DNA from: Malacoraja senta
Lineage: Eukaryota
NCBI GenBank assembly: GCA_038087875.1
Contig: CM075991.1
Coordinates: 8,620,001-8,684,000 of the forward strand
Reading direction: 5' to 3'
DNA: 64,000 bases
Part shown: piece by piece, positions 59,948 through 64,000 of the stretch
Layout: each line of letters opens with the position of its first letter
Numbering within the stretch: position 1 is the stretch's first letter
The notes under the pieces: model-generated
Told to the model about the DNA's origin: nothing
Seen by the model: only the letters and a program-made list of their open reading frames with translations
Database searches by the model: none
Program-made: the position numbers and the translations under genes

Positions 59948-61420
59948 AAGATTCTACATACCAAGATTCTACATACCAAGATTCTACATACCAAGATTCT
60001 ACATACCAAGATTCTACATACCAAGATTCTACATACCAAGATTCTACATACCAAGATTCTACATACCATCTACATACCAAGATTCTACATACCAAGATTC
60101 TACATACCAAGATTTTACATACCAAGATTCTACATACCAAGATTCTACATACCATCTACATACCAAGATTCTACATACCAAGATTCTACATACCAAGATT
60201 CTACATACCAAGATTTTACATACCATCTACATACCAAGATTCTACATACCATCTACATACCAAGATTCTACATACCAAGATTCTACATACCAAATTTTAC
60301 ATACCATCTACATACCAAGATTCTACATACCATCTACATACCAAGATTCTACATACCAAGATTCTACATACCAAGATTCTACATACCAAGATTTTACATA
60401 CCATCTACATACCAAGATTCTACATACCATCTACATACCAAGATTCTACATACCAAGATTCTACATACCAAGATTCTACATACCAAGATTTTACATACCA
60501 AGATTCTACATACCAAGATTCTACATACCATCTACATACCAAGATTCTACATACCAAGATTCTACATACCAAGATTCTACATACCAAGATTTTACATACC
60601 AAGATTCTACATACCAAGATTCTACATACCATCTACATACCAAGATTCTACATACCAAGATTCTACATACCAAGATTCTACATACCAAGATTCTACATAC
60701 CAAGAATTCTACATACCAAGATTTTACATACCAAGATTCTACATACCAAGATTCTACATACCAGATTCTACATACCATCTACATACCAAGATTCTACATA
60801 CCAAGATTCTACATACCAAGATTCTACATACCAAGATTCTACATACCAAGATTCTACATACCATCTACATACCAAGATTCTACATACCAAGATTCTACAT
60901 ACCAAGATTCTACATACCAAGATTCTACATACCAAGATTCTACATACCAAGATTCTACATACCAAGATTTTACATACCAAGATTCTACATACCAAGATTC
61001 TACATACCAAGATTCTACATACCATCTACATACCAAGATTCTACATACCAAGATTCTACATACCAAGATTCTACATACCAAGATTCTACATACAAAGATT
61101 CTACATACCAAGATTTTACAATACCAAGATTCTACATACCAAGATTCTACATACCAAGATTCTACATACCATCTACATACCAAGATTCTACATACCAAGA
61201 TTCTACATACCAAGATTCCACATACCAAGATTCTACATACCAAGATTCTACATACCATCTACATACCAAGATTCTACATACCAAGATTCTACATACCATC
61301 TACATACCAAGATTCTACATACCAAGATTCTACATACCAAGATTCTACATACCAAGATTCTACATACCAAGATTCTACATACCAAGATTCTACATACCAA
61401 GATTCTACATACCAAGATTC
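59948..61420 (+). repeat. 15-bp tandem repeat (AAGATTCTACATACC)n with 11-bp variants
   Basis: About 100 near-perfect units; explains the 534-aa ORF. Confidence 0.97.
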
Positions 61421-61614
61421 GGAGATCATAGTTGCTCCACAGTGGACAATATTCCAAGCTCATTGGCTTTACAAGAAGGTCAGAATCAAGATGGTCTGGC
61501 CACCAGTGTTTGCTCAAATATCACAGGAGCTTGCTGGCTGAAAAGGAAAAGGGAGAAATTTCATGAGGTCATAAGTGATGAGTAGAATTAGGCCATTCGG
61601 CCATCGCCCACTTG

Positions 61615-62656
<1,042 letters not shown>

Positions 62657-63006
62657 GAAATGGAGGTGGTGAGAGATAGTGAGGATGAAGGAATGCAGAG
62701 TGGTGGATGAGGGGGCGAGGAGTGGGGAGGGAAAGTGGGGAGAGGAAGGGAAGGAGTGGAGAGAGGAGGGAGGGAGGGAGTGGGAGAGAGTGGATGGAGA
62801 GAATGGGTAGGGAGGGTGTGAAAGGGAGTGCCGATGAGTGACCAAATTCAGGCAGATGCACATACACATGAAGGGGAAGGAGAGGCAGAGGCAGGTTGGT
62901 AGTGATGGAGAATATATAGTTCAGTCTTTTGGTCGAAAGGAGGTTTCAGGGCAATAACCATTAAATGAGCAGAAGCAACAATAGGGGGAAGACAAATCCC
63001 CTGGCT

Positions 63007-63281
63007 CACGGGTGGGGACCTATTCATGTTGGAATGCCGCATTAAGTTAGCTGTAATATAATAAGGCCGCATCCAAGAAACTAATTAAATATAGGATTAT
63101 TTTGTTGAATCTTCTTTTACTCTTTAGTATTTTAAATAGGTTCATTTTAAGATTAAAATAAAAATAAATAAAAGACGAACAAAAACATATTAATAAAAAT
63201 AAAGGATTTGTTCTACAAAATTTGGATTCATTCAAAAGGCCGCATGTAATGGCCTAGAAGGCCGCAGGTTCCCCACCCCTG
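63007..63281. mobile_element. hAT-type MITE
   Basis: Ends CACGGGTGGGGACCT / AGGTTCCCCACCCCTG (CAGGGGTGGGGAACCT type); GGCCGCA subterminal repeats; decayed 8-bp flanks (5/8 match). Confidence 0.6.
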
Positions 63282-63809
63282 TACTGCCTCAATACGACGT
63301 AAGCAATCAACACAACCTCTGCATCAACAAGAGTAGAAACATCCCTCGTCCTCCACGGAGTATTCAGAAGAGAACCGTTTACTGCTCCCACGAGAGAACG
63401 ACAGTCACGTTGTTACCAAACAACAAACCTGTAAGTGACATTTTTTTATTTTATTTTGCCAAGTGCAGATGCTCCAAGGTGTACAGGAAAGAAGCCGAAC
63501 CGATTTTCAATCAGGGCACGATTCCACACAATTACTTCGAGGGGGTAATTAGATAAAAATGTTAATTGTGTTAATTGAGACAACTCGCGTGCTTGAAGGT
63601 AGACAAATGCAAACTGGATGTGACTATGAATATGGAAACAGGTTTTATTGATGAGCAGAGAAGCCAGCATTGGCCTACAGAGAGAGAACATGGGATTTGG
63701 TAAATCCCCGAGCCTGAGATGAGGCCCGTAATCCATGGCTATGAAAAGATTATCGATCTGCTTAGAAACTGTGAATTACTAAATCGTAATTTACTCTCAC
63801 CCTGCGACA

Positions 63810-64000
63810 GGGCAGCAGAGCATTGCAGCAGTATTGATGCTGCATTACAGTGCTGCAGACCCGGGGTCGACCTTGACTACAAATGCTGCCTGTGCGGAGT
63901 TTGCACGTTCTCGCCGTGACCACGTGGGTTTTCTCCGAGTGCTCTGGTTTCCTGGCACATTCCAGAGGTGTGCAGGTTTGTAGGTTAATTGGTTGAGTGA
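63810..64000 (+). mobile_element. Older HE1-type V-SINE, cut by the window end
   Basis: Decayed head and V-domain. Confidence 0.7.

Noticed and set aside
59948..61420. CRISPR-like regular array
   Set aside because: No unique spacers, no cas genes, vertebrate context.
59937..61541. 534-aa ORF
   Set aside because: Translation of a stop-free 15-bp tandem repeat that drifts through all three frames.
63330..63436. Possible plus-strand exon ending CCT|GTAAGT
   Set aside because: No convincing acceptor and no recognisable peptide.

Overview
This is a eukaryotic, repeat-saturated window with no confidently identifiable protein-coding gene. The repeat repertoire (HE1-type tRNA-derived V-SINEs, their CR1/HER1-like partner LINEs, Rex1/Babar, Penelope, RTE, L1, Hero) points to a cartilaginous fish, probably a skate or ray (inference). 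Nearly all long ORFs in the track are LINE fragments or simple-repeat artefacts. The likely host signal is a CpG island at about 39.85-40.66 kb with three CCAAT boxes, a GC box, an E2F site and a strong minus-strand splice donor, probably a promoter/first exon of a leftward transcript. Most interesting observations: (1) many Penelope-derived terminal repeats carry a minimal hammerhead-ribozyme core, and several 90-230 bp units, often fold-back, are inserted with 14-15 bp target-site duplications (TSDs); (2) a non-autonomous DNA element with P-element hallmarks (CAAAG ends, ~33 bp terminal inverted repeats (TIRs), 8-bp TSD) occurs in three copies, plus a 27-bp remnant in the CpG island that resembles a P-type excision footprint; (3) PIF/Harbinger MITEs share TIRs but have different interiors, and a MADF-like remnant sits next to an assembly gap; (4) an old Gypsy pol fossil is shattered by nested insertions; (5) several bipartite non-autonomous LINE derivatives and local duplications. 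All assignments are by eye, with no database searches, and boundaries without a stated TSD are approximate.
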